A DNA stretch of 20,000 nt from Chiloscyllium plagiosum (lineage: Eukaryota): the NCBI RefSeq assembly GCF_004010195.1, contig NC_057753.1, positions 12,068,852 to 12,088,851 of the forward strand, read 5' to 3'. Below are positions 8,740 to 19,844 of the stretch, piece by piece (the stretch's first letter is position 1; every line of letters begins with the position of its first letter). The notes below the pieces were generated by a model, which was given only the letters and a program-made list of their open reading frames with translations, ran no database searches and had not been told where the DNA came from. Both the position numbers and the translations under genes were made by a program.

Positions 8740-9645
8740 GCGCAAAGGACAGAACTGAGTGCATTCTGGCTAAGTTTGCAGACGATACAAAGATGGGGAG
8801 AGGGAAGGGTAGCTTTCAGGAGGCTGCAAAGGATTTGGACAAGTCAGGAGAGTGGGCAAATGAGTGGCAGATGGGAGTACAACACGGGACAGTGTGAGGT
8901 CATGCACCTTGGTAGGAAGAATAGAGTCTAAATGGGGAGGAAATTCAGGAGTTCAAAATGCAGAGAGACTCGGGAGTTCTAGTCCAGGATTCGCTCAAAG
9001 TTGAGTCGTTAATCAGGAACTCAAATGCACTGATGGAACTTGTTTTGAGAGGACTTGAATATAAAAGCATGGATGTACTTCTGAGGCTATATAAGGCTCT
9101 GGTCAGACCACATTTGGAGTATTGTGCGCAGTTTTGAGCCCTGTCTCTCAGGAAGGTTGTACTGGCCCCTGGAGCATGTTCAGACGGAGGTTCACGAGAG
9201 TAGTCCCAGGACTGAAAAGCTATGAGGAAGGCTTGAGGACTCTGGGTCTATACTCAATGGAGTTTAGAGGGATGAGGGAGGATATAATTGAAACATACAG
9301 AATACCGAATGGCCTGGACAGAGTAGATTTTGGGAACATGTTTCCATTGGTAGAAGAGACTCAGACCTGAGGGCATTGCCTCAGAGTAAAGGGAGGACCT
9401 TTTAGAGCGGAGATAAAGGAGAGACCCTTTAAGCCAAAGAGTGGTGAACCTATGGAATTCATTGCCACAGAAGGCTGTGGGGACCAGGTCATTGAATATA
9501 CTTAAGATTGAGTTAGATGGGTTCTTTAGTATCAAGGAGATCAAGGGTTACAGGGAGAGTGGGGTTGAGAAACTAATCAGCCATGATTGAATGGCAGAGC
9601 AATCGATGGGCTGAATGGCCTAATTTCTGCTCCTATGTCTAATGG
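8740..9645 (+). mobile_element. CR1 LINE, RT C-terminal region to 3' end, degenerate
   Basis: aagtttgcagacgatacaaag = KFADDTK; ctatataaggctctggtcagaccacatttggagtattgt = LYKALVRPHLEYC; 3' tail cagccatgattgaatggc...ctgctcctatgtct. Confidence 0.9.
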
Positions 9646-9671
9646 ACAATGAAGTGCAAGAGTTCGAAAGG

Positions 9672-10005
9672 GGCCTGATGGTGTTATTCCTGGACTGTTA
9701 ATCCAGAGTCCCTGGCTATGATCTGGGGACTGGGTTCGAAGGCAGATGTTGGAATTTGAATTTGATAAATATCTGGAATTGAGAGTTCAATGGTGACCAT
9801 GAATCCATTGTGGATTGTCCCGAAAAACCTATGTGGTTCACTAATGTCCTTCAGGGAAGGAAACTGCTATCTTTATCTAGTCTGACCCCATACGTGACTC
9901 CACACCCACAGCAATATGATTGACTCTTAACTGCCCCCTGGACAATTAGGGATGGGCAATAAAAGCTGGTCCAGCCAGTGACACCTTCATGCTGTGAATT
10001 AATTT
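9672..10005 (+). mobile_element. Near full-length tRNA-derived SINE (SacSINE1/DeuSINE-like)
   Basis: A-box-like ggcctgatgg at the start, B-box GGTTCGAA ~9733-9740, central ggttcactaatgtccttcagggaaggaaactgc core, AT-rich tail. A second partial copy lies at 6572-6688. Family name is from recall. Confidence 0.65.
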
Positions 10006-10039
10006 TTAAAGAAAATTAAAACTGAGATTGAAAATTGTC

Positions 10040-10524
10040 GAGGCACTGACCATAAGTTTTCAGGAGAGACTGAGGTGGTGCCAGAGGTCGAGAGAATGCC
10101 AGATGCTATAACCTTGTTCAAATAAAGTGTGTAAAGCTAAGCGCAGTGACTATAGATTATGTTTAGTTTTCAGTTTAACTTCAATAGTGGGAAAACTTTT
10201 GGAAACACGAATCCAGGGCTAAATTAATAGACAGAAGTATAAATACAGATGAATCACTGAAAGCCATCTTAGATCTCTCAAAGGGAAATTGTGGGTCATA
10301 ATTTATTGGAAGTTACCACAGAGCATTGATGTGAGGAATTCTGTTGAGGTAGTGCAGGTGGATTTCCAATAGGCAGGTCATACAGTTTCGCACAACTGAC
10401 TTGTGAGAAAACCTAACAGCTCCTGAACTTAAAGGGTTTGGAGCAACTTGAATTCTGAGTTGCCTGAGTGACAGGACACAAAAAGTGTTGTGTTAACAAG
10501 ACTGTCCAAAGATAGTGGATGTTA
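10040..10524 (+). mobile_element. Ancient CR1 RT fragment 1; continues at 12566-12700, 13800-13915, 14520-14720 and 15010-15250
   Basis: Eroded equivalents of PEDWRxANVTPLFKKG (10081-10127), MDFQKAFDKVPH (10358-10394) and WLSDRKQRVVV (10459-10492). Confidence 0.65.
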
Positions 10525-12565
10525 GAGTCATAGAGATATACAGCGTGGAAACAGACCCTTCGGTCCAACCCATCCATGCCGACCAGATATCCCAACCTAA
10601 TCTAGTCCCAGCTGGCCCGTATCCCTCCAAATCCTTCCTATTCATATACCCATCCAAATGCCTCTGAAATATTGCAATTGTACCAGCCTCCACCACTTCC
10701 TCTGGCAGCTCATTCCATACCCGTACCACCCTCTGTGTGAAAAGGTTGCCACTTAGGTCTCTTTTATATCTTTCCCCTCTCACCCTAAACCTATACCCTT
10801 GAGTTCTGGACTCCCTGACCCCAGGGAAAAGACTTTGCCTATTTACCCTATCCATGCCCCTCATGATTTTGTAAACCTCTATAAGGTCACCCCTCAGCCT
10901 CCGACGTTCCAAGGAAAACAGCCCTAGCCTGTTCAANNNNNNNNNNNNNNNNNNNNNNNNNNNNNNNNNNNNNNNNNNNNNNNNNNNNNNNNNNNNNNNN
11001 NNNNNNNNNNNNNNNNNNNNNNNNNNNNNNNNNNNNNNNNNNNNNNNNNNNNNNNNNNNNNNNNNNNNNNNNNNNNNNNNNNNNNNNNNNNNNNNNNNNN
11101 NNNNNNNNNNNNNNNNNNNNNNNNNNNNNNNNNNNNNNNNNNNNNNNNNNNNNNNNNNNNNNNNNNNNNNNNNNNNNNNNNNNNNNNNNNNNNNNNNNNN
11201 NNNAGATCCTGTTGTAATCTGAGGTAACCCTCTTCACTGTCCACTACACCTCCAATTTTGGTGTCATCTGCAAACTTACTAACTGTACCTCTTATGCTCG
11301 CATCAAAATCATTTATGTAAATGATAAAAATGTAGAGGGCCCAGCACCGATCCTTGTGGCACTCCACTGGTCACAGGCCTCCAGTCTGAAAAACAATCCT
11401 CCACCACCACCCTCTGTCTTTTACCTTTGAGTCAGTTCTGTATCCAAATGGCTAGTTCTCCCTGTATTCCATGAGATCTAACCTTGCTAATCAGTCTCCC
11501 ATGGGGAACCTTGTTGAACGCCTTACTAAAGTCCATTTGGATTACATCTACTGCTCTGCCCTCATCAATCCTCTTTGTTACTTCTTCAAAAAACTCAATC
11601 AAGTTTGTGAGACATAATTTCCCAACCACAAAGTCATGTTGACTACCCCTAATCAGTCCTTGTCTTTCCAAATACTTGTACATCCTGTCCCTCAGGATTC
11701 CCTCCAACAACTTGCCCACCACCGAGCCCAGGCTCACTGGTCTATAGTTCCCTGGATTGTCGTTACCACCCTTCTTAAACTGTGGCACCACGTTCGTCAA
11801 CCTCCAGTCTTCCGGCACCTCACCTGTGACTATCGATGATACAATTATCTCAGCAAGAGGCCCAGCAATCACTTCTCTAGCTTCCCACAGAGTTCTCAGG
11901 TACACCTGATCAGGTCCTGGGGATTTATCCACCTTTAACCGTTTCAAGACATCCAGCACTTCCTCCTCTGTAATCTGGACATTTTGCAAGATGTCACCAT
12001 CTATTTCTCTACAGTCTATATCTTCCATATCCTTTTTTCTCAGTAAATACTGATGTAAAATACTCAATTAGTATCTCCCCCATTTTCTGCGGCTCCACAC
12101 AAAGGCCACCTTGCTGATCTTTGAGGGGCCCTATTCTCTCCCTAGTTACCCTTTTGTCCTTAATGTGCTCCCCCACTGACACCTCAGTCACCTGCCCTGC
12201 CTTATTTCCCAAGAGTAGGTCAAGTTTTGCACCTTCTCTAGTAGGTACATTCACACATACTGAATCAGAAAATGGTCTTGTACGCACTTAACAAATTACT
12301 CTCCATCTAAACCTTTAACAGAATGGCAGACCCAGTCTATGGTTGGAAAGTTAAAATCCCCTCCTATAACCACCCTATTATTCTTACAGATAGCTGAGAT
12401 CGCCTTGCAAGTTTGTTTCTCAGTTTCCCTCTGACTATTAGAGGGTCTATAATACAATCCCAATAAGGTGATCATCCCTTTCTTATTTCTCAGTTCCACC
12501 CAAATAACTTGCCTGGATGTATTTCTGGGAATATCCTTCTTCAGCACAGCTGTAATGCTGTCCCT
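10525..12565 (-). mobile_element. CR1 LINE ORF2 (partial APE endonuclease plus RT), pseudogenised and internally deleted
   Basis: Minus ORFs: LGLYYRPSN...GGDFNFP (APE), KSPGPD, PGNYRPVSL, MDFSKAFNKVPHGRL, IYINDF...SKFADDTK, RVWNELPEE. Frameshifts and stops present; endonuclease joined directly to the tether at ~12166. Confidence 0.95.
10936..11203. other. Assembly gap (N run) inside a CR1 copy
   Basis: Run of n. Confidence 1.
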
Positions 12566-12701
12566 TTCTTCAGGCTGGAGGAAGATTTATAGTGGAGATA
12601 CCCAGGGGTCCGTGTGTAGATGCTTGTATTTCCTGATATAAGTTGATGGCTGAGACCTTGGTGTTGGGGTCACCATTTCAAAGCTTGTAGACAAAACAAA
12701 T

Positions 12702-13775
12702 CAGGCTGAGCTGGCAAGATGGATACAGAACTGGCTTAGTCATTGGAGACAGAGGGGAGCGGTGGAAGGATGCTTTTCAAAATGGAGGGCTGTGACTAAT
12801 GGTGTTCCATAGGGATCAGTGCTGGGACCTCCGCTGTTCATGATCTGCATCAGTGATTTGGAGGAAAATGTAGCCGGTCGAATTTGTGAGTTTGCGGAAG
12901 ACCCAAAGATTCATGGAGTTGCAGGTAGCGAGGAGGATTGTCAGCAGATACAGCAGGATATAGATTACTTGGAGGCATGGGCAGAAAAATGGCAGGTGGA
13001 GTTTAATCCGGACAAATGTGAGGTGATGGATTTTGGAAGGTCAAGTACAGGTGGAGATTATACAGTGAATGGCAGAACCTTTAATTGATATGCAGAGGGA
13101 TCTGGGTGTGCCGCTCCACAGATCACTGAAGGTGGTAGCACAAGCAGTAAGGTTGTAAAAAAGGCCTGTGGCATACTTACCTTCATTGGAAGGGGTATTG
13201 AGTAGAAGGATAAAGAAGTTACACTGCAGTTTGATGGAACTTTAGCTAGGCCACACTTGGAATATTGCGTACAGTTCTGGCCTCATTACCAGAAGGATGT
13301 GGATGCTTTTGAAGAGGTATAAGAAAAGATTTACCAGGACGTTGCCTGGTATGGGGGAGTTTAGCTATGAAGAAAGGTTGGCTTTCACGGGAATGCAGAA
13401 GGTTGAGTGGTGGATGAAGTTTATAAGATTTTGAATGGCATTGAGAGAGTGGAAGGGATGAGGCTTTTTCCCAGGGTGGAAGGGTCAGTTACTTAGCGGA
13501 CAAGGATGCAAGGTGCGAGGGGAAGTTTAAAAAGGGATGTGCGAGGCAAGTGTTTCACACAAAGGGTGGCGAGTGCTTGGGACGCGTTGCCAGAGGAGGT
13601 GGAGGAAGCAGACACGATTGCAATATTCAAGAAACATTCCGACGAATAAATGAAGAGGGAAGGAATAGAGGGACACGCATCCTGGAAGTGAAGTATGGAA
13701 GGGCAAAATGTGACAGAATGGGTTTGGAGGTCCGAAGGGCCTGTTCCTGTGCTGTACTCTTTGTTCATTGTTCTA
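12702..13775 (+). mobile_element. CR1 LINE RT-to-3'-end fragment
   Basis: ORF 12819-13088 LGPPLFMICISDL...FAEDPKI...WAEKWQVEFNPDKCEV; 3' tail ctgttcctgtgctgtactctttgttcattgttct. Confidence 0.9.
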
Positions 13776-13915
13776 AATCCTGGATGCTTCATAAATTGTA
13801 AGGAAGATAGTATTGAACTTCAAAAAGATGTCGACAAGGGTCGGAGTGAGTGGATTCAAGGCAGATGATGTTCAGTGCAGAGAACAGTGAAGTATTTCAT
13901 TTGGTAGGAAGAACA

Positions 13916-14515
13916 TGCACTTAGCACACTTGCCTTCATTGCTCAGACCTTTGAGTACCGGCGTTGGAACGTTATTTTGAGGTTTTATAGGACATTGGTG
14001 AGGCCTCTTCTGAAGTACTGTGTCCAGTTCTGGTCTATCCGTTGTAGGAAGGATATTATTAATTTGGAGGGGGTACAGAAGAGATTTACCAGGATGTTGC
14101 TGGGAAGTTGAGTTACAGGGAGAGGCTGGATTGGCTGGGACTTTCTTCACTGGAGTGTAGGAGGTTGAGAGGTGACCTTATGGAGGTTTATAAAATCACG
14201 AGGGGTATAAATAAGGTGAATGGCAGGTATCTTTTGTCTGGGGTGGGGGCTTTCAAGACTAGGGTGAGAGGAGAAACACTTAAAAAAAGACATGAGGGGC
14301 TTTTTTTTTTACATAGTGAGTGGTTCACGTGTTGAATGAACTTTCCGAAGAAGTGCTGGATGTGGGCACAGTTACAACGTTTAAAAGGCATTTGGATAAG
14401 CACATGAATAAGAAGTATTTGGACAGATATGAGCCAAGTGCAGGTAAGTGGGACCAGTTTAGTTTGCGATTATGGATTGGTGGACTGAACAGACTGCTTC
14501 TGTGCTTATGACTCT
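13916..14515 (+). mobile_element. CR1 LINE 3' fragment
   Basis: ORF 14108-14335 SYRERLDWLGLSSLECRRLRGDLMEVYKI; NELSEEVLDVGTVTTFKRHLD. Confidence 0.9.
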
Positions 14516-14717
14516 AACACGAAGAAAATATAAAGTAAAGGGTCTAACTCTAAAGAGGGTGAAGGAGTGCGGCCTGGATTTTTGTGTGTGTAAGTCATTG
14601 AAGGTGGCTGAAGTTATGGAAGGAGCAGTTATTAAAGGAGCATACAGTCCTAACTACAGTAGTTAGATCTCACCTGGAGTATTGTGTACAGCTCTTTAAG
14701 ATAGATGTGAAGGCATT

Positions 14718-15005
14718 GATAAGGTAAATACCAAAGGTCTTTTTCCGAGGACGGGAGTGTTCAAATTTCATATTTTTGAGGTAAGAGAAACAAGATTTAA
14801 AAGGGACCTGAGAGGCAACCTTTTCACACGGAGAGTGGTTCATGCGTCGAATGAACTGCCAGAGGAAGTGGTAGATGCAGGTACAGTTACAGCATTTGAA
14901 AGACGTTGGGATATGGGCCCAATGCAGGCATGTGGGACCAATTCAGTTTGGTATTATGGACGAGTTGGGCCGAGGGGTCTATTTCCATGCTGTATGACTC
15001 TCTGG
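14718..15005 (+). mobile_element. CR1 LINE 3' fragment
   Basis: ORF 14757-15014 RFKRDLRGNLFTRRVVHASNELPEEVVDAG; tail atgctgtatgactct. Confidence 0.85.
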
Positions 15006-15251
15006 TCTTTGTGAAGAGGTTAATGCGAATGGTTCCAGAGACGAGGATCTTCATTTGGAGAAGATCCTGCTGTTTCTCAAGGGGACGTGCAAGCTGAGAG
15101 GCAACGTGATCAAGGTGCTCGCAATCGTGAATGTTCAGCGTTAAGCGGAGGAAGTAGGAGAAAGGTTGTAGGGGAGATCGTCATCTAGAGGGCTGGTGCA
15201 GACCCAGTGGCTGAAACTACCCCCTGCTGTGTTGTAACAATTCTGAGATTC

Positions 15252-15545
15252 CGTGTAAATTTGACACCCGAACCACACAAGGAGACGTCAAGAGTGGTGA
15301 CTGATGGTCAAAGAGGTTGGTTTGCAGGAGTATCTTAAAGGAGGAAAGTGAGCGACAGAGTTGGGAGGAAATTTCAGCGCTTATTGTTTCACAGGGCCAG
15401 CAACACCGGAGCAGTTCAAAACGGGGTGTTCCAGAGGGCAGAATTAGAGGAGCATGGAGGCTTTGGAGGCTTATGGGACCAGATGTTATTGTGGAGACAG
15501 GGCGGGGCGTGGCCAAGGAGAGAGTTATAAAACAGGGTTGAAAAC
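15252..15545 (-). mobile_element. L2-like LINE 3' fragment; upstream part at 17840-18135
   Basis: Minus ORF 15217-15609 contains SLSSFKILLQTNLFD, resembling the L2 C-terminal FKxxLKTxLF motif. Confidence 0.55.
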
Positions 15546-15547
15546 AA

Positions 15548-15584
15548 GCTGGTTGAGTGGTTAGTACTGCTGCCTCACGACACC
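15548..15584 (+). mobile_element. tRNA-like 5' head of an HE1-type SINE; body at 17468-17730
   Basis: gctggttgagtggttagtactgctgcctcacgacaccaggga, an A-box-containing V-SINE/HE1-like head. Confidence 0.7.
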
Positions 15585-15587
15585 AGG

Positions 15588-17467
15588 GAACATGAGTTGG
15601 CTTTGGCAAATAGGGTTAAGGAGAATCCAAATGGGTTTTATAAATACATTAAGGACAAAAGGGTAACGAGGGAGAGAATAGGACCCCTCAAAGATCAGCA
15701 AGACAGCCTATGTGTGGAGCCACAGGAGATGGGTGAGATACTAAACGAGTATTTTGCATCTGTGTTTACTGTGGAGAAGGACATGGAAGATACAGAATGA
15801 GGGGAAGTAGATGGTGACATCTTGGAAAATGTCCATATTACAGGGGAGTAGGTGTTGGATGTCTTAAAATGCATAAAGATGGATAAATACCCACAACCTG
15901 ATCAGGTGTAAACTAGAACTCTGTGGGAAGCTAGGCAAGTGATTGCTGGGCCTCTTGCTGAGATATTTGTATCATCAATAGTCACAGGTGAGGTGCTGCA
16001 AGACTGGAGGTTGGCTAACGTGGTACCACTATTTAAGAAGGGTGGCTAGGAAAAGCCAGAGAACTATAAACTGGTGAGCCTGACATTTGGTGGTGGGCAA
16101 GTTGTTGGAGGGAATCCTGAGGGACAGGATATACATACATTTGGAAGAGGGAATCCTGAGGGACAGGATATACATACATTTGGAAAGGCAAGGCCCAATT
16201 AGGGGTGGTGAACATGGCTTTGTGCATGGGAAATCATATCTCACTAATTTGGTTAAGTGTTTTGAAGAAGTAACAAAGAGGTTTGATGAGGGCAGAGCAG
16301 TGGACGTGATCTATATGGACTTCAATAAGGCGTTCGACAGGGTTCCTCATGGTCGACTGCTTAGCAAGGTTAGATCACATGGAATACAGGGAGAACTAGC
16401 AATTTGGATATAGGACTGGTCGAAGTTAGAAGACAGACAGTGGTGGTGGAGGATTGCTTTTCAGACTGGAGGCCCGTGACCTGTGGTGTGCCACAAGGAT
16501 CGGTGCTGGGTCCACTGCTTTTCGTAATTTATATAAATGATTTGGATATGAACGTAGGAGGTATAGTTAGTAAGTTTGCAGATTACACCAAAATTGGAGG
16601 TGTAGTGGACAGCGAGGAAGGTTACCTCAGAGTACAATGGGATCTTGATCTGATGGGCCAATGGGCTGAGGAGTGGCAGATGGGGTTCAATTTACATAAA
16701 TGTGAGGTGCTACATTTTGGAAAGGCAAATCAGGGCAGGACTTATACATTTAATGGTAAGGTCCTGGGGAGTGTTGCTGAACAAAGAGACCTTGGAGTGC
16801 AGGTTCATAGCTCCTTGAAAGTGGAGTCGCAGGTAGATAGGATAGTGAAGAAGGCATTTGGTATGCTTTCCTTTATTGGTCAGAGCATTGAGTATAAGAG
16901 TTGGGAGGTCATGTTGTGGCCACTTTTGGAATATTCTGTGTAATTCGGGTCTTCCTGCTATAGGAAGGATAGTGTGAAACTTGAAAGGGTTCAGAAAAGA
17001 TTTACAAGAATGTTGCCAGGGTTGGAGGGTTTGAGCTGTGGGGAGAGGCTGAACAGGCTGGGGCTGTTTTCCCTGGAGCGTCGGAGGCTGAGGGGTGACC
17101 TTATAGAGGTTTATAAAGTCATGAGGGGGCATGGATAGGGTAAATAGACAAAGTCTTTTCCCTGGGGTGGGTGAGTCCAGAACTAGAGGGCATAGGTTTA
17201 GGGTGAGAGGGGAAAAATTTAAAAGGAACCTAAAGGGCAACTCTTTCATACAAAGGGTGGTGCGTGTGTGGAATGAGCTGCCAGAGGAAGTGGTGGAGGT
17301 GGGTACAATTACATTTACAAAGCGTAAGGGGGTGTTCATGAATAGGAAGGGTTTAGAGGGACATGGTGCAAACGCTGGCAAATGGGACTAGATTAATTTA
17401 GGATATCTAGTTTGCATGGATGAGTCAGACCGAAGTGTCTGTTTTCATGCTGTACCTCTCTATGACT
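15588..17467 (+). mobile_element. CR1/HER1-type LINE, 5'-truncated, complete but disrupted RT domain and 3' end
   Basis: ORFs: [65 protein letters not shown]. Multiple stops and frameshifts; same subfamily as 10525-12565. Confidence 0.95.
16108..16185 (+). repeat. Perfect 39-bp tandem duplication within CR1 RT
   Basis: gagggaatcctgagggacaggatatacatacatttggaa at 16108-16146 and 16147-16185. Confidence 0.95.
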
Positions 17468-17730
17468 GTCTGTGTGTGGAGTTTGCATGTTTTCTGCTGT
17501 GTCTGTGTGGTTTTCTTTGAAGTGTTCTGGTTTCTTCCCACAGTCCGAAGATGTGCACTTAGATGGTTTGGCTGTGTTAAATTGCCAATAGTGTCCAGGG
17601 ATTTGCAGGCTGGGGTAGATTAGCCATGTAAATGCAGAGTTACCGCGATAGGATGGGATGGTCCTCAGAGGGTCGCTGTGGACTTGATGGACTGAATGGC
17701 CTGCTTCCCACACTGCAGGGATTCTGTATT
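17468..17730 (+). mobile_element. HE1/V-SINE-like body and tail
   Basis: gtctgtgtgtggagtttgcatgtt...ggtttcttcccacagtccgaagatgtgc...taaattgcc core; CR1-like tail gactgaatggcctgcttcccacactg. Confidence 0.8.
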
Positions 17731-17839
17731 TTAAAATGGAGAAATGGACACAGGAGCAAGGGCTGAATAAGACTCTGTGAGAGTAAGGATGCTCTCAGAT
17801 TTAAAGGTTTTGGGGGGGGGGGTGGTTTGAATGTGGGAG

Positions 17840-18135
17840 TCTACACAGAAGGGCATCAGAACATCCAGATTTCGAGGTGACAAAGCTGAGCCTGAGCGAA
17901 AGCAGGCGGCGTCACTGAGGTGGAACTGACCTGGTCAGAAGCTCAGCTGGAGGTGAAATATGACACTTGAGATTGTGACCAGTCTTCTGTGGCCTCAAAG
18001 ACAGGGGATTGGAGTCCGAAATGAAGGAGCAGAGTTTCAGGCAAGGCCTGAAGACAATGGCTTTGGTCTTCTCTGTTTAAATAGAGGACGTTTCCGCTTC
18101 TCCGGTGCTGGGGTGTCAGGCAGGCAAAGGGAATC
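17840..18135 (-). mobile_element. L2-like LINE RT C-terminal remnant
   Basis: Minus strand encodes eroded LN..EKTKAIVF (~18085-18051) and an NLGVIFDxxLSF-like segment (~17975-17937). Confidence 0.6.
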
Positions 18136-18149
18136 AGTGCAGGAACGGG

Positions 18150-18400
18150 CCTTCAATCACCCCGAAAGCCTGCTCCACTACTCAGCCAGATTGTGGTTGA
18201 TCTGCCCCAGGTCTCAACTTCTCCTCGTGTCAGCTGTTCCCAGTCCAAAGCTTCCCGGTATTTCAAAGATCCATCCACCTCTTCTTTGATCCGCACCTCC
18301 AAGATTCCCTGGGGTAGAGAGTTCTAGACATTCCTGAAATCTCTGAGAGAAGAAATTCCCAGCGTTAAATGAGTGGGCCTTTGTCTGTAAGGGTGTCTGT
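18150..18400 (-). mobile_element. Old CR1-like 3' remnant
   Basis: ctggggtagagagttctagacattc...ctctgagagaagaaattccc is the reverse complement of an eroded FFSQRxxxxWNSLP segment. Confidence 0.55.
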
Positions 18401-18407
18401 GAGTTTG

Positions 18408-18636
18408 AGTCACGGAGTCATACAGCAAGGAAACAGATTCTTCGATCCAACTAGCCCAAGCTGACCTTGTTCCCACTTGCCTGCATTTGGACTCTATCCC
18501 TCCATTCCCTTTCCTCTTCATGTACCTATCCAAATGTCTTTCAAATGTTGTAACTGTATCCGTATCCACCACTTCCTTTGGATGTTCATACACTCTGTGT
18601 GTAAAAAAAAAGGTGCCCCTCGTGTCCTTTTTAAAA
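18408..18636 (-). mobile_element. CR1 LINE 3' fragment
   Basis: Minus ORF PKEVVDTDTVTTFERHLDRYM; tail gagtcatacagcaaggaaacag. Confidence 0.85.
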
Positions 18637-18639
18637 CTT

Positions 18640-19820
18640 GCGGAGGCATGGGATTGGGAGTGATTTAACGGTTAGGATCAGAAAATGGCTAGCTGTAAGA
18701 AGACACGGTGGTGGTCAATAGGAATGTTCATCCCGGAGTTCAGTTCCTAGTGGTGTACCGCAAGGGTCTGTTTCGGGGCCACTGCTGTTTGTCATTTATA
18801 TAAATGACCTGGATGAGGGCGTAGAAGGATAGGTTAGTACACTTGCGGATGACACTAAAGCCAATAGAGTTGTGGACACTACAGAAGGATGTTGCAGGTT
18901 TCAGAGGGACATACATAAGCTGCAGAGCTGGGCTGAGAGGTGGCAAATGGAGTTTCATGCCGGAAAGTGTGAAGTAGTTTACTTTGGAAGGAGTAACAGG
19001 AATGCAGAGCACTGGGCTAATGGTAAGATTCTTGTTAGTGTGGATGAGCAGAGAGGTCTTGGTGTTCAAGTGCATAGATCCCTGAAAGTTGCCACCCGGG
19101 TTGATGGGGTTGCTAAGAAGACAATATGGTGTGTTAGCTTTTATTAGCCGACAGATTGAGTTTAGGAACCATGAGGTCATGTTGCAGCTGTACAAAACTC
19201 TGGTGCGGCCAACACTTGGAGTATTGCGTATAGTTCTGGTCACCGCATCACAGGAAGGATGGGGAAGCTTTGGAAAGGGTTCCGAGGAGATTTACCAGGA
19301 AGTTGCCTGGTATAGAGGGAAGGTTTTAGGAGGAAAGGCTGAGGGCCTTGAGGCTGTTTTCGTTGGAGAGAAGAAGGTTGAGAGGTGACTTAACAGAGAC
19401 ATACAAGATAGTCAGAGGGTTAGTTAGGGTGGACAGTGAGAGCCTTTTTCCTCAGATGGCGATGGCTAGCACGAGGGGAGAGACATACAGATAGTCAGAG
19501 GGTTAGTTAGGGTGGACAGTGAGAGCCTTTTTCCTCAGATGGCGATGGCTAGCACGAGGGGACATAACTTTAAATTGAGGGGTGATAGATATAGGGCAAT
19601 GTCAGAGGTAGTTTCTTTACTGAGAGTAGTAGTTAAGACATGGAATGCCCTGCCTGCAACAGAAGTGGACTCGCCAACGTTAAGGGGATTAAATGTCATT
19701 GGATAAACATATGGATGATAATGGAATAATGTAGGTTAGATGGGCTTCAGATTGGATTCACAGGTCAGCACAACATTGAGGGCCGAAGGGCCTGGACTGT
19801 GCTGTTGTGTTCTATGTTCT
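18640..19820 (+). mobile_element. CR1 LINE RT-to-3'-end fragment
   Basis: [56 protein letters not shown]; tail gtgttctatgttc. Confidence 0.92.
19395..19561 (+). repeat. 84/83-bp tandem duplication within CR1
   Basis: agagacatac(a)agatagtcagagggttagtt...gctagcacgagggg at 19395-19478 and 19479-19561; the copies differ by one A. Confidence 0.95.
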
Positions 19821-19844
19821 CCTCTCAGCTTAAAACAATACACC

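Noticed and set aside
9672..9745. tRNA-like sequence (also 15548-15584)
   Set aside because: No complete cloverleaf; these are SINE heads.
16710..17381. 223-aa minus-strand ORF and similar ORFs such as 2070-2468 and 2197-2460
   Set aside because: Antisense shadows of the CR1 3' region.
17811..17822. Poly-G run as a G-quadruplex or regulatory element
   Set aside because: Simple homopolymer within degraded repeat sequence; no supporting context.
404..18460. Recurrent ~30-bp motif ggaaacagacccttcggtccaac resembling CRISPR repeats
   Set aside because: Irregularly spaced, in both orientations and always at LINE or SINE 3' ends; it is the shared CR1/HE1 tail.
10525..19820. Many reverse-transcriptase ORFs suggesting an active or novel RT system (retron- or DGR-like)
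   Set aside because: All are standard CR1 ORF2 fragments with stops, frameshifts and 5' truncation in a vertebrate context; none is intact.
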